DNA from: the human T2T-CHM13v2.0 reference genome, Homo sapiens
DNA: 64,000 nucleotides
Reading direction: 5' to 3' (one strand)
Assembly (NCBI RefSeq): GCF_009914755.1
Contig: NC_060931.1
A program made the translations under genes and the position numbers. This document shows, one piece after another, positions 1 to 17,792 of the stretch. Under the pieces are notes generated by a model. It worked only from the letters and a program-made list of their open reading frames with translations. It did no database searches and was not told the DNA's origin. Each line of letters opens with the position of its first letter. The first letter of the stretch is position 1.

Positions 1-250
1 ACCACGGCTGGGTAAGCACCCTTAAAAGCAACAGAAATGACGTCTGGAAGCTGAAATGTGAAACTGTCAAGATGGCTTAGGAGAGGAAGGAGTGGACCCG
101 CTGGTCTTTGGCATTTTGTATTTAGAATTATTCTAACTTTATACATAATGTATAGGCCGATCTTTTGGAAGGGATAAGGTTTTCATTCTTGTGCAACTCA
201 TTATTCTCATTATTGGCCTTTTAAATAAAAAGTTGTTTTGCAGTGTGCCT
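1..250 (+). other. IQCE: 3' end of the upstream gene's 3'UTR (probably IQCE), with AATAAA at 224-229
   Basis: AT-rich UTR-like sequence with AATAAA at 224-229 followed by GT-rich gttgttttgcagtgtg. The gene name comes only from recalled 7p22.3 gene order (IQCE-TTYH3-AMZ1), not from coding sequence. Confidence 0.6.
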
Positions 251-811
251 TGAGTGCCCCGTGAAGACTTCTCTTTAATGACCTCCAGGTGTGTTCCTGC
301 CCCACGCACTCGGGCTGAACAAACGATCCGCTTCAGAAACCCCGCTTCTCTGGGCTTCTGGCATTTTGCCGTGGTCGTAATGCAGGCTTGGGGTTGGAGA
401 GCCAGCTGGAGGGATGGGTCCCGCCGCCAGCTCCCTGCCACGCATGAACTCGGATACATCTGTTGACACCCCGGTCCCCCGTCGAATATCTATTCCTTAG
501 ATATGAGGACACAAAAATGTGCGTGCGTGAGGGAGTTATTTCTCCATATTTGATTTCATTTTTGTTTCAGGAGCAGGGAAAGAATAATTTACTGAGGAAT
601 CAAACACAGATGGAAACGACCAAAAGGAGCTGATATCTGGGTTTTGTTTTCCAATATTTTGTTGCATAGAACAAGGAGCATCTGTGGCTTTGTGTGCTTG
701 TGGCTGCCTGCCCTGGGGCCCTAAATCCTGAGTGGAGTTTGTCCGAAGCCTCCACAGTTACTGTGGTTGGCTCTGGCATTTGCCCAAGCCTATTTTCTCT
801 CTATCGATCTC

Positions 812-814
<3 letters not shown>

Positions 815-850
<36 letters not shown>
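815..850. repeat. (TG)18 microsatellite
   Basis: Perfect TG run. Confidence 0.97.
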
Positions 851-853
<3 letters not shown>

Positions 854-871
854 ATATATGTATATTTTTAA

Positions 872-1970
<1,099 letters not shown>

Positions 1971-3539
1971 GAGCCCATCTTTACACTCCGATGGCCTGTG
2001 TGCTGTCCTGGCAAGCGGTTCATTTGCAGACTTGCACTTTGCAGACGAGCTGGTAGGGCCTGAGGGAGCCTGTGGCATTGGAGAGCATGGTGCACCAGGC
2101 ACTCGCCCGCTGCAAGCTCGCTGCCCCCGCAGTCGCCAGCTGTGATCTCCCCTAGGGGTTCAGACCCAGGAGCAGAGAGGAGGCAGCCTGTGGGGGCTTC
2201 TCAGCTAGAACTGGCGAGAGGAGGAGAGAGAAGGTCCAACCTCAGGCCTCCACCCACCGTGGGCCGGGGTATGGATAGACATGGAAGTATGTGAGCGTGG
2301 ACATCCATGCGCACGCGCACAGGCACACGGGGAGAACCCTCTTCCTCTTCCCCATCCAGCCCTCTGGTTTTTGGTGCTCCCAGACGTGCGCTGAGTGCAT
2401 GAGGGCCTCCTCAAAGACCGAGTGAGGGTCACCACAAGCTCTTGCCAAGACAGTTTTAAATATGAGATTCCTCCAAGGTCCCTGGGGGACATAGGAAAAA
2501 AAAGAAGTAAGCCTCTGAGTCCCTCGCTCCTTTCAGCACTGCTGTCGGGCTTGGAATATGAATGACGGGCTGCAGAACAGGGTGGCGTGTCTCTGCGTGG
2601 GTGCCAGCTAATGGCCTTTGGCCAGCACCTCCCCACTGGATCCCGGGAGCAGGGCCCAGTGTCAGCCCCGAGGGCCAGCCCCATTAGATGGGGCCTGCCT
2701 CAGGAACCTGGGGACGTTACCATGGTGCTGTGTCCCTTTCTGAATAAGAGGAGAGGGTGCCCCTGAGCTATTCGTTAATTAAGTCCCAGAGCAGCCTGGG
2801 ATTCAAAGGACAGAGTCCAGCGCTGCCAGGGCTCCCACGGCTGCCATTCATGGCAGCCCTGTCTGGGGGCTTCCTCCCCACCAGCCCTTCCCTTCCCAGG
2901 CCCGGCTCGCAAAGGAATGAAAGCAGGGAAGGGTGTGAGTGGGTGGGCTGGGGCGAAGCTCGCATAAAATATACAAAGGGAGCTGGTTCCCGCTCATTGC
3001 AGCCTCGCCCCGCCCCATTCCCTTCTCTCACCCACTTCCCCCTCCAGCACCCTGTGGGCTGCTGGCTCCACTATGCTCACCGCTCCTGCTACCCTCGCCC
3101 GAGAGTGCACCCTTCCCGCCTCATCACTCCTCCCTGCTTTCGGGATTTCTCTTCTGCTCTGGCACCCGGTCCTACCCTCTGCCTGTTGAGTATGGGTGTA
3201 TCCACGGCTCCGTCCCCAACACCCCAGCCTGCCTGGATCGTCCACTGGGCGTCCGCACGTTCTTGTCTCAGATGCCTCCAATTCAGCTTGGCTCGGCTTC
3301 AATTTATCTTCCCTCATGACCTGCTCCCTGTTCAGTAAACCACATCACAAGCCACATGGTTGTCCCTGCCAGAAACCTAGAGATCATCCCCGTCTCCCTG
3401 CCCGTTCTCACCAGGCCCCACAGGGGCTACCCCCTCAGCAGCCCTCAACTCTGCTGCCACATCTGCAGTGAGGCCAAGTGACCCCACCAGACAGTTCCCA
3501 CGGGCTCCAAGACAAAATTGAACTCCTGAACATGCCAGA

Positions 3540-3940
3540 CTGCTGCATGTCCACGCACACAAAGACACGTGCACACACAAAACACCACAATGCAACATAC
3601 ATGCAAACACCTGCACATGAGCAGACATATGCCTGCAAACACATGCCCACACATGAAACAATGCAAACTTGAAAACACACACAAAACCAACATGCACACA
3701 CCAATGCATGCACTCTCAGACACACACACACTTCGCACAGACGTGCACACAAACACGTACAAATACACACAAACCCACATGCAAACATACAAACATGCAT
3801 GCAAACACACCTGCAAGGGCAGAAACATACACAAATTTGCATCCCACACACGTACACACAGGCACACACACATGACAACATACATACACATAAAACGCGC
3901 ACACACACACACACAAACATGCACACACACGCGCGCGCAC
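3540..3940. repeat. CA/CATG-rich low-complexity tract
   Basis: Degenerate (CA)n with CATG/CACG interruptions. Confidence 0.9.
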
Positions 3941-4301
3941 TTGAAGCTCAAGCCAGCCTGAGCTATGTGAGGCTCCACTTTTCCAAAGAGGAGACTGCAA
4001 AAAAGAAAACCCATCCAGCCAACTTGAAAGTGTGAGCTTTTTATAGGTGTGGACGAAAGTGTCAGATGCCAACTTGTGAATAATTAATATGTTAATTTGG
4101 TCACACATCATGCATATTTCAAGTCATAGCTAAAAGAAGACACTGATCTAGGAGCATGCCTCTGGTGGTGCTCCCAGGACTTGGCTGCACCAGCAGCTTC
4201 GTCCCCATGTTTTGGATCCTCTAACACAGTTTCCCGTGCACGACATCTCCACTTCCATCTAAGCTGTTTGCAATCCACGTGACGGCTGAGAAATCTGCTC
4301 C

Positions 4302-4594
4302 TGCCGGGCGCAGCGGCTCACGCCTGTAATCCCAGCACTTTGGGAGGCCGAGGCGGGTAGATGGCTTGAATCCAGGAGTGTGAGACCAGCCTGGATAACA
4401 TAGTGAAACCCCTTCTCTACAAAAATACAAAAATGAGCTGGGCATGGTGGCATGCACCTGTGGTCCCAGTTCTTTGGGACGCTGAGGTGGGATGATTGCA
4501 TGAACCGGAGAAAGTGGAGGTCGCAGTGAGTTGAGATCGCGTCATTGTACTCCAGCCAGGGCGACAGAGCAAGACTCTGTCCCAAAAAAAAAAA
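4302..4594 (+). mobile_element. Alu
   Basis: Full dimer from gccgggcgcagcggctcacgcc to the A tail. Confidence 0.93.
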
Positions 4595-5008
4595 TTCTGA
4601 ACAGGGTGTGCCATGATTGGAGCATTTCTCCCCAAGCCACGAGTGCCGGTGTGCTGGACCTGAGGACGGTGGTCCAGGTGGTGTCACTTTATGATCGCGT
4701 TTCCACAGTGGAACCGCTGGCTGTATTTTTAAACGTTTTAAAGTCTGATTCACAAAGACAGCCAATGCTTGCAAATGTGAGGTTCTGCTCCTGGAAAAAT
4801 GACTAATCTGAGTTAAATTTATTTCTGACATCTTTTTAGTGGATTCTGCCAGGCGACCTCCATACACATTGCTCCCAGCTTTCAGACTCCTCCGTCGGTT
4901 CCCAAACAGTGTGTGGCTGTCAAAATAAACTAATTGAGAGCCTCATGCTATGAGATACTTTCTAAGGACTTAAGAAGGCAGCTCCCTCTTTTGTGAAGGA
5001 TACTTTAA

Positions 5009-5645
<637 letters not shown>

Positions 5646-5709
5646 ATGAAGGATAATTTTTTTGGGGGAAGGGGAATCCCCCACTTCTATTTGAACTGTC
5701 CCAGAATGA

Positions 5710-6227
<518 letters not shown>

Positions 6228-6255
6228 AACATTTTGTTTCTTAAAAAAGATATCT

Positions 6256-6526
6256 GGCCAGGCATGGTGGCTCACGCCTATAATCCCAGCACTTTGGGAG
6301 GCCAAGGCGGGTGGATCATGAGATCAGGAGTTCAAGACCAGCCTGGCCAAGATGATGAAACCCCGTCTCTACTAAAAATACAAAAATTAGCTGGGCGTGG
6401 TGGCGGGTGTCTGTAATCCCAGCTACTCGGGAGGCTGAGGCCGAGAATCGCTTGAACCTGGGAGGCTGGAGATGCACTGCACTCCAGCCTGGGTGACAGA
6501 GCGAGACTCTGTCTCAAAGAAAAAAC
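6256..6526 (+). mobile_element. Alu (S-type, internal deletion in the right arm)
   Basis: Alu consensus. TSD AAAGATATCT at 6246-6255 and 6527-6536. Confidence 0.9.
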
Positions 6527-7096
6527 AAAGATATCTAACACATTATAAAAAGAAAAACAGAAAAGTATAGAGTAGCCTCATCTCCCTCTGGCACCACTGA
6601 TTCTGGGGTCCTGGGCTTTTGTCTCGCCTCCCCACCGCTACTACGGGACTCTTAGTCCAGAACCAGGGTGAGCCGTTCCTTAGCCCCTTGCTCCACAGAC
6701 TTGCTCAGGTCCCACGTGGCACCCTGGATCCCATCAGCAGCTCCACGCGGCACCCCACGCCTGCCCTCGTCTGGCCTCCCCTCCAGCCACACACCCCTGA
6801 CCGCGGGCCTTTGCGGAAAACGCCGGGCCCTCCCCCACCTCCAGCTGGCCTCTCGCCTGTGCTGTTTCTGCTGCCAGGAATGTCCTTCCCGTGGAGCCGG
6901 CCTGGGTGATCCTCTGCTGAGAAGCTTTTCACGATCAGCTCCTCCTCCCTGTAATCTCACTGCACCCAGCCCGCGTGTGTGTTTTAGTATTTATTGCACC
7001 TGAGGGCACTTTGTACACATTATATTGGGGTTTATTTCGTCTGTTTGCAACTAGACTAAGCTCTGTGAGGACTGGATCTTTGGGGCCAGGAAATAA

Positions 7097-7385
7097 TTTT
7101 TTTTTTTTGGCAAGGTCTCACTCTGTTGCCCAGGCTGGAGTGCAGTGGTGCAATCATAGCTCACTACAACCTTGAACCCCTGGGCTCAAGCAATCCTCCC
7201 ACCTCAGCCTCCCAAGTAACTGGGACTACAGGTGTGTGCTCCCACACCTGGCTAAGTTTTAAGTTTTGTTTTATTTTTTTTTTGCCATGTTGCCCAGGCT
7301 GGTCTCAAACTCCTGGCCTCAAGCGATCCTCCCACCTCGACTTCCCAAAGTGCTGGGATGACAGACATGAGCCACTTCACCCATC
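7097..7385 (-). mobile_element. Alu (J-like)
   Basis: Reverse Alu dimer with poly-T head. Confidence 0.88.
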
Positions 7386-7984
7386 CTAAATTCATTTACT
7401 CACCAAATTTCCACTGGCTTAGGTGTGGAGAACCCAAGTGGGGCAGACCACAGCCAAGGGCTCCCCTCTAGGGTGGTGTGGACCCAGGTGGTTTAGACCC
7501 AGTGTTGGGGAGCCGTTCTGGTATCCCAGAAAAGGGAGTCGGGGCTGCAGCTGAGCAGGTGGGGGAGGCGAGTACCTTCCAGGCCCAGGGAACTATCAGC
7601 CTCCTTCCAGAGGAAAAGGGAGCAGGGCCCCCACCTCCAGGATGGGAAGGGCCCCAAGGTGGCCAGACACAGTGGGTCAGGTGTGGCAGGGGCGACAGGG
7701 CTCAGGAGAGACACAGAGGCCGGGCTGGGGGACCTTGCCCTGAGAGCTGTGGGAACAGGATCGGATTTGCATTTGAGAAGGGGAGGCTGGGAGCGGGAGG
7801 GGACGTCATGGGCTGATGAGGAACCACATACGTGCTGACCCCATGGAGGAGAGAGCCCAGGGCCCCCGGAAGGGGACAGCCTGGCTGTTGGCCAAGAGAC
7901 GCAGAGGGGAAGGAGGCCTGGCCAGGCAGGGGAGGGGGAGCACATTCCACCTACCCCTCCCCCTGGAATGGAGCCACATCCTGG

Positions 7985-8266
7985 CCAGCTCCTCCTGCCC
8001 CAGCTCCTCCTGCCCCAGCAAATCCTGCCCCAGCTGCTCCTGCCCCAGCTCCTCCTGCCCCAGCTGCTCCTGCCCCAGCTGCTCCTGCCCCAGCTGCTCC
8101 TGTCCCAGCTCCTCCGGCCTCAGCTCCTCCTGCCCCAGCTCCTCCTGCCCCAGCTCCTCCTCCTCCTCCTCTCAACTCCTACTGCTCCTCCTGCCCCCAC
8201 CTCCCCCTGCTCCTCCTGCCCCCACCTCCCCCTGCTCCTCCTGCCCCCATCTCCTCCTGCCCCAGC
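7985..8266. repeat. Minisatellite: ~12 x 15-bp CCCAGCTCCTCCTGC, followed by 25-bp variant units
   Basis: Periodicity directly visible in the sequence. Confidence 0.93.
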
Positions 8267-10228
8267 CTTTCTGTGCTCACAGGGACCCTGTGGAGCAGAG
8301 AGGGCTTTCTGGGGTCCACGGAGGCTGGGCTGGGTCCCCAGAGCTGGGCCTCCACTCTAGCCCAACTGATTAAGCCCGGCAGGGCCTCCTGCATCCCACG
8401 TCCTCCCTGCCAGGCTGCAGGCCCAGCTGGGATGTCTGGGAAGGAAAATGGGGGTCCTGGGCCTGCAGGTAAAAGAATTCAGCCCAGGGTTCCAGCCAGC
8501 ACCACCCCCCGCAACACACCCCCCACCCCCCATTGCGGGCGACCTGTGGCAAGCCTGAGGTTCACCATCTGTACCCAAGGGTGTGCTGGCCCTGTCTCTG
8601 GGTAGCTGTGAGCCAGTGGGCGGGGAGGGCCTATGCCAGCCGGCAGAGCTCTGGAAGAGCAAAACACCATTCATCCCAGACACACATCCTAAGCGTCTAT
8701 CCCAGGCCCGGCCCTGGCCCTCATAATATTGCCATCACCATCTCACTTCCAGAAGCCTCTGCCTGCTCCTCTCCAGAGCCCTGCGCCCCTGCACTGCCCC
8801 CCACCCCCGGGAGCGATGTGGAGGCTTCGCCAGTCCTGGGAGGACTCTGGACTTGGTCCTGAGGCCCTGGGAGGCCAGGGAGGGGCTGGCAGGGGGGCAG
8901 CAGGCCAGATTCCTTGACAGAGATGAACTGGGGCGGTGCAGAGAAGTTCAGGACAAAGGGCAGGGCCTTGCTGCCCCGTGCTCCGGGGGACCTTGAGCAA
9001 GACACTTCCTTTTCCGAGCCTCCAGAGCTGAGACTGGCAGGAGTGGAGCTGGAGAGCCCTTCCTGAATGGTGGCTGGCACTGGGTGTGCCCGGAGGAGGC
9101 GGCCCTGCCAGGGGCAGGATGGTGATGCCTCTGAAGGGCTTCCCCAGGTGGCCCCTGGACATCTTCACGTGACCCAAAAAAGGCCCCACCTCCTGCCTCC
9201 AGACCTTTCCCATGAGATGAGCCCCTCCGGGCAAGTAGGCCACCCCTAGAGCGGCCTCTAGAACCTTCCGTGCTTGTCCTAGGCTGGGGGCTGGAAGAGG
9301 GGTGGAGGCCACGGAGGGGCTGCCTGTTGCCCACCTCCACGCACAGCACTCCTCCCACGCTGAGCCGGGTCTCCAGGGTGTTGTGTTCTGGACAAAGCCT
9401 CCGGGGTGCTGGGGGGGCCTGCATTCCCTCCTGGGCCCCCTGCCTTGGAAATGGCATGTCAAGGGGAGGATCAGCTCTCCAGAGGATCCCCAGACCCAGC
9501 AGCCTGCCCGGCCCAGTGAGGGAGACCCCGGGTTCCCTGGGCTCCTGGGCCCACCCTGACCAGAAAACCAGCCAAGGAAGCTGAGCTGGCCTTTCCCCAT
9601 GCGTGGGGGAGTGAAGTTTGTCAGATCCAGGCTTTGAAACCTAGAGGGTGCAGGACACTCCCTTGCCCAGGCCAGACAGAGACACAGTGGATGTGGGGTG
9701 AGGACAGGGTCCCCCAAGGGGACATGGGGCAGAGCACGCAGGTTATGTGGGGCCTGGCCTTGGACACCCCTTTTCCAGCATAATCCCAGTACCCACCCAG
9801 GGAGAGAAGCATGACCCTCCTCCTGTTACAGCTGGGGAAACTGAGGCTTAGAGAGTTGCCTGGCCGAAAGGTCTCTGCTCTTGGAGGGGGAGCAGTGTCT
9901 CCTTGGCAGCTCAAGCCTGTGACAGCCTGTGGTCCTGTGAGAGCAGCGGGCGGGGCTCCCGAGAGGGAGGTGAGAATCCATCCGGCAACCCCTCCCCACC
10001 CACTCTGCCCCAGCGCCTCCCTCCACGCCCGCTGCTGGCCTGTTTCTGAAGGTCGGTGAAAGACGTCTTACTCACCAAGCTCAGGCAGTGGGGTCGGTGG
10101 TCCACCTGCCAACAGCGACTCAGCCAGCCTTTGTCACCAATGCCAATTGCAGCCCACAGAGTGGCCAGATACCCTCTCCCACTGCTCCTGGAATTGGGGC
10201 ACTGGAGGCCGCCAGGAAGAGACGGTAG

Positions 10229-10870
<642 letters not shown>

Positions 10871-11021
10871 CCTCAGTGAGTCAGGGCTATGGGTGTGGGA
10901 TGAATCTCTTCCCTTCTCGGAGCCTCAGTTTCCCCATCTCTAAAATAGGAAACTGGACGCTAAGTTCCCCCGTCGGTGACATGGGTTCCCAAAGGGGTCA
11001 TAGCAGTTGGGCCAAGCCTGA

Positions 11022-11890
<869 letters not shown>

Positions 11891-12711
11891 TCAGGGCACT
11901 ATTTTCAATCTACACTGGGCTTGGGACTCTGAGACCCGGTCTTGATAGTCTTATGTGGCAAGTAGGGAGGTTCTGAATGAGACACTCGACTTAAGTGATG
12001 GGACTTGGGACAGAATTCTTGGCAGCTCAGAGGCCATCCCCACTGGTCTCCTGGCTCCCAGTGGCTTTCTGGACAAGGCGAGGCTGCTGGCCAGGTGAGC
12101 CCAGATAATGAGAGGTGCTCACATCCTCACTCTGGCCAGGTGTGCGTGGCTTGCTCCGTGGTCCTCTTGGGGACCATGCTGGCTGGCACCTCTCCCAGCC
12201 TCCAGAGCTGCGGGCCAGTTGCCTCAGACCCAGATTGAAAGCAGTGCTTCTGTGGCTCCCCTGCGGCCGAGATCCATCAGCCAGGTGTCTGTGGTCCGCC
12301 AGGCACCGGCTGGCTGTGCGACCACAGCATCACCCAGCCTCATCTTAGCAGGCGCCAGGAAGCCCAGCCCTGCAGCCTTCTCTTCCCGGCCAGTGAGGTC
12401 CGTCTCCACAGAAAATGTGAACCTCTTTGGATGGGGCCCAAACTCAGGGAATTCCATTGTTCTGGCTTCCGCCCCAGCATCTGGAGGAGCGGTCCAGGCC
12501 TGGCCATGCTCAGCTCAGGCCTGGCCTCTCTCCGGTGCCTGCAGGCCTTTGGACAACCATTCCGGAGCCTCAACCCTGCCGCCTTCCTGGCGTAGGGGAA
12601 AGACCCTGGGAGCTCCTGGCCTGGCTGCTCCCCTCCCTCCGTGCCAGACTGCCTCAGCAGTCTCTCACAGACTTTCCCAGGCCTGGTTTTTGCTCACAAT
12701 CCCTATTTCAC

Positions 12712-13193
12712 TTGAAAGAAGGAAGGGAAGGAGAGAGGGAGGAAGAAAGGGAGATAGGAGGGAGAGAGGGAAAGAGGGAGGGAGAAAGGAAGGAGGGAAA
12801 GATGGAGGGAGGGATGGAGGAAAGGAGGGAGTGAGGAAGAGAAGGAGGGAGGGAGAGAGGGAGAAAGGAGGGAAGGAGGGAAAGAGAGGAAGGGAGGCAG
12901 GAAAAAAGGGAAAGAGGGAAGGAGGGAGGGAAGGAGGGAGGGAAAGAGGGGAAAGAAGGAAGGAGGGAGGGAGGAAAAGATGGAGGGAGGGAGGAAAAGA
13001 TGGAGGGAAGGAAGGTGGAAGGGAGGGAAGGAGAGAGGGAGGGAGGAAACGAGGGAGGGAGGAGGAAGGAGAGAGGAAAGGAAGGTGGGAGGGAGGGAGA
13101 AAGGAGAGAAAGGGAGGGAAGGCAGGAGGGAAGGAGAGAAGGGAGGGAGGACAGAAGGAGGGAGGGAGGGAAGAAGTGGGGAGGGAGGAAGGG
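12712..13193. repeat. ~480-bp polypurine (GGAA/GGGA/GAGG) tract
   Basis: Almost pure A/G on the + strand. Confidence 0.95.
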
Positions 13194-13754
13194 CCCCTGG
13201 AACTAGGCTGAACCCTGGTTCCCTGACCAGCTTGTGATTCTCAAGGCCTCCCATGCAATGGCGGGGACCGGGCCTCAGTTGCTCCGTCTGTAGAGTGGGA
13301 CTAAAGTCCAGCCTCCAGCCACAGTGGTTGCAGGACAGATGGGAAGAACCACACAGCTCTGGGCAGTGACTGTCGGGTCAAAGCAGGTGGGATGGTGGGC
13401 GGAGCTTCCTCCATGCCCTGGCCCACACTAGATCCTCTCTCTGGCCTTCTCTCCTTTACCCTTCCTGGCAGCTGGAGGGAGGGACCCACGGAGTTTCTCT
13501 TCAACACCCGGATCCCAAGCAGCATTGCACGGGGGTGAGGTAGGGACTCTGGCTGTGTTCTTCCAGAACCTTCACTGTGGGCCCCTTATTCTCTCCACCC
13601 TGGATCCCTTTTACCAAATTCTTCCTCCACAGGCCCCTTAGGAATAGATTTCATGGCCCAAACACACTGCAAATATTACTCAGTCATCAGTACCTTTTCA
13701 TCCCATACCATCAGAGGCACAGGGCGCTGGCCACCAGGAAGCTCTGAGAAAGCC

Positions 13755-15293
<1,539 letters not shown>

Positions 15294-16404
15294 TAACAGC
15301 AGGAACCAGAAACGATCTCAGGCCATGAGGACAATTTCTGCAGCTGGCCAGGGACTGCCCTGTTCATCCCTGGAGTTATGCGACACAGAACTCTGAGGTC
15401 AGAGTCAGCCCAGGGCACGGGCTATGCAGGCGATCCCCTGGCTGTGGAGATGAGGTCACAGGCTGGATGCTGGAGCAGTGTCAGGCTAGGAGTGGGCGTC
15501 CTGCCTAAGCCACCTGTTCACAGTGAGCAATCAGCTGGCGCCAAAGAAGAGGACTCACCTGGCCAGGTACCAGCCCACTCCAAGTAGGTAGCCTTGGTCT
15601 TAGGGGGTTAGGGGGGGGCTTCATTCTGCCTGGAGCTCCCACCATCCTTGGCATTGGAGAGAGAGGAACCTGAGCCAGTATCCCCACCCCACCCCAAATT
15701 TCTGGCTCTTCGGCCTTTAGGGATGGAGAATGCGACCTCCCCGCTTCTGCCTGGCTGTTATTTCCCAGCTGGGTGGTGTCTCCAAGTTATCCAGCGGGTG
15801 GAAACCGCAGCTCAGCTAGTCCCTCTTGCCCGGTGCCCTATCACAGGAAAACAGGCGAGTCAGGGCAGTCAATGAGCCAAAGTCCAGGCCTCCTGGGAAG
15901 ACACTGCCCGGAACCGTCCCTGCCTGCAAAGAGCTCTTCCTGCCAGGAACGGCCTGCCTGCCCACAGAGCTGGCCAAGTCGGGCACAGCAGATGGTGGAG
16001 CCCGGGTGTGGAAACCTGTTTCTCAGTACACAGGAGGTCCAGGAATAAGGCCCCAGGTGATGAAGCAGAGCCAGGATGCACCCACTGCCCTAGAGTGCGG
16101 AGGGAGGCGTGCACCTGGGCCCAAGCACGCACTATGTCCATCCTCCTGGCTCTGGCAGCTCCCATCTCCCCTTTAGCAAAGGAGGAGGCACAGGCATGGG
16201 GAGGCCCTGTTAGGAAATTTGGCTGTGTGGCTCCAAAGCCCATGATGGGCCCTCTCTGGCAGGTGCCTGAATTTTTAGGCCCCAGGACACCAGAACAGGG
16301 CACCGTCTTCATCTTAGGTCTTGACAAAAGACTCAACCTTCCCCAGAGGGAAGGCCGGATGGGGACTGAATCTACCTGCGGATCCACTTAACACTCGTAC
16401 CTTT

Positions 16405-16830
<426 letters not shown>

Positions 16831-17560
16831 TCATGTCCATTGTACAGATAGGCCACTCGGTGCCTTGCTGGGCGCTGCGGGCTGTGGGCTGTTGTGTGTG
16901 CAATGGGGAGGCCAAGACCAGCCCAGCCCACCAGGCCGGACCCTCGAGTCAAATAAGAAACATGCAAAGATCCAAACGAAGAGCGAATTCATGGAATGAA
17001 GCGCAGCTGCATATGCAGCCAGGGTTCCAGCCCCCACGGCCACGTGGAAAGACTGGCTGGCCCGGGTCTTACAGCGCTGAGGGTCGGTCTTCCAGCGCCT
17101 TAAGGGCCAGGCGTCCCTCCAAGAAGGCGAGGAAGTAGGCGGAGCTTCTGCCGGCGGACTAATGACGGTACAGAGGCGGGGCCGAAGGGCGGGGACACGT
17201 GGAGGGGCGGGGCCATTGGGTAATGGGCGGGGATGCGAGTGGAGGGGCAAAACCATCAGGTAAAAGGACCAATAGAGGTTCAGGAGCGAGTGGGCGGGGC
17301 ACGCTGTGGGGCGGGATCGGCGGGGGATAGACCAATGGTGGGTAAGAGGCGGGACAGAGGGCGGGGCGCGCGGGGGCTGGGCTGGCGGGAGGCGGGCCAA
17401 TGGAGGCTCGGGGGCGGGGCCGGCGGGCGGACGGGCGGGGGCGCGGAGGGGGCGGCGGCGGCGGCGGCGAACAAAGAGGCGGCGGGCGCGGGCGGCCGAG
17501 CGGAGCCGAGCGCAGCCGAGCCGGGCCGAGCCGGGCCGGGCCGGGCCCAGGAGCGCGCGG

Positions 17561-17599
17561 ATGATGCGGGCGGCCAGGCGGGGGTCGACGGGTCCCTGA
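17561..17599 (+). other. Candidate uORF MMRAARRGSTGP*
   Basis: ATGATG...TGA ending 70 nt before the main ATG. It is a uORF only if the TSS lies upstream of 17561. Confidence 0.55.
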
Positions 17600-17669
17600 A
17601 GCCCGCGCCCCGGGCCAGCAAGGGAGCCCCGCGCAGGCCGCGCGCATCCGGAGGCGGCCGGGCCCCGCC

Positions 17670-17792
17670 ATGGCCGGGGTCAGCTACGCGGCGCCCTGGT
17701 GGGTGAGCCTCCTGCACCGGCTGCCCCACTTCGACCTGAGCTGGGAGGCCACTAGCAGCCAGTTCCGGCCCGAGGACACCGACTACCAGCAG
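17670..17792 (+). CDS. TTYH3: TTYH3 exon 1 coding part (aa 1-41)
   Basis: Strong Kozak gccgccATGG-type context (ccccgccATGG). Encodes MAGVSYAAPWWVSLLHRLPHFD...DYQQ, the tweety N-terminus. Donor CAG|gtgaca. Confidence 0.97.

Noticed and set aside
7816-8605. Cys/Ser-, Pro/Ala- and Leu/Gln-repeat ORFs (metallothionein- or keratin-associated-like)
   Set aside because: These are translations of a 15-bp minisatellite in all frames.
12108-13211. 367-aa ORF with a G/R/E/K-rich tail
   Set aside because: It is open because the polypurine tract lacks T and so lacks stops. No splice or domain evidence.
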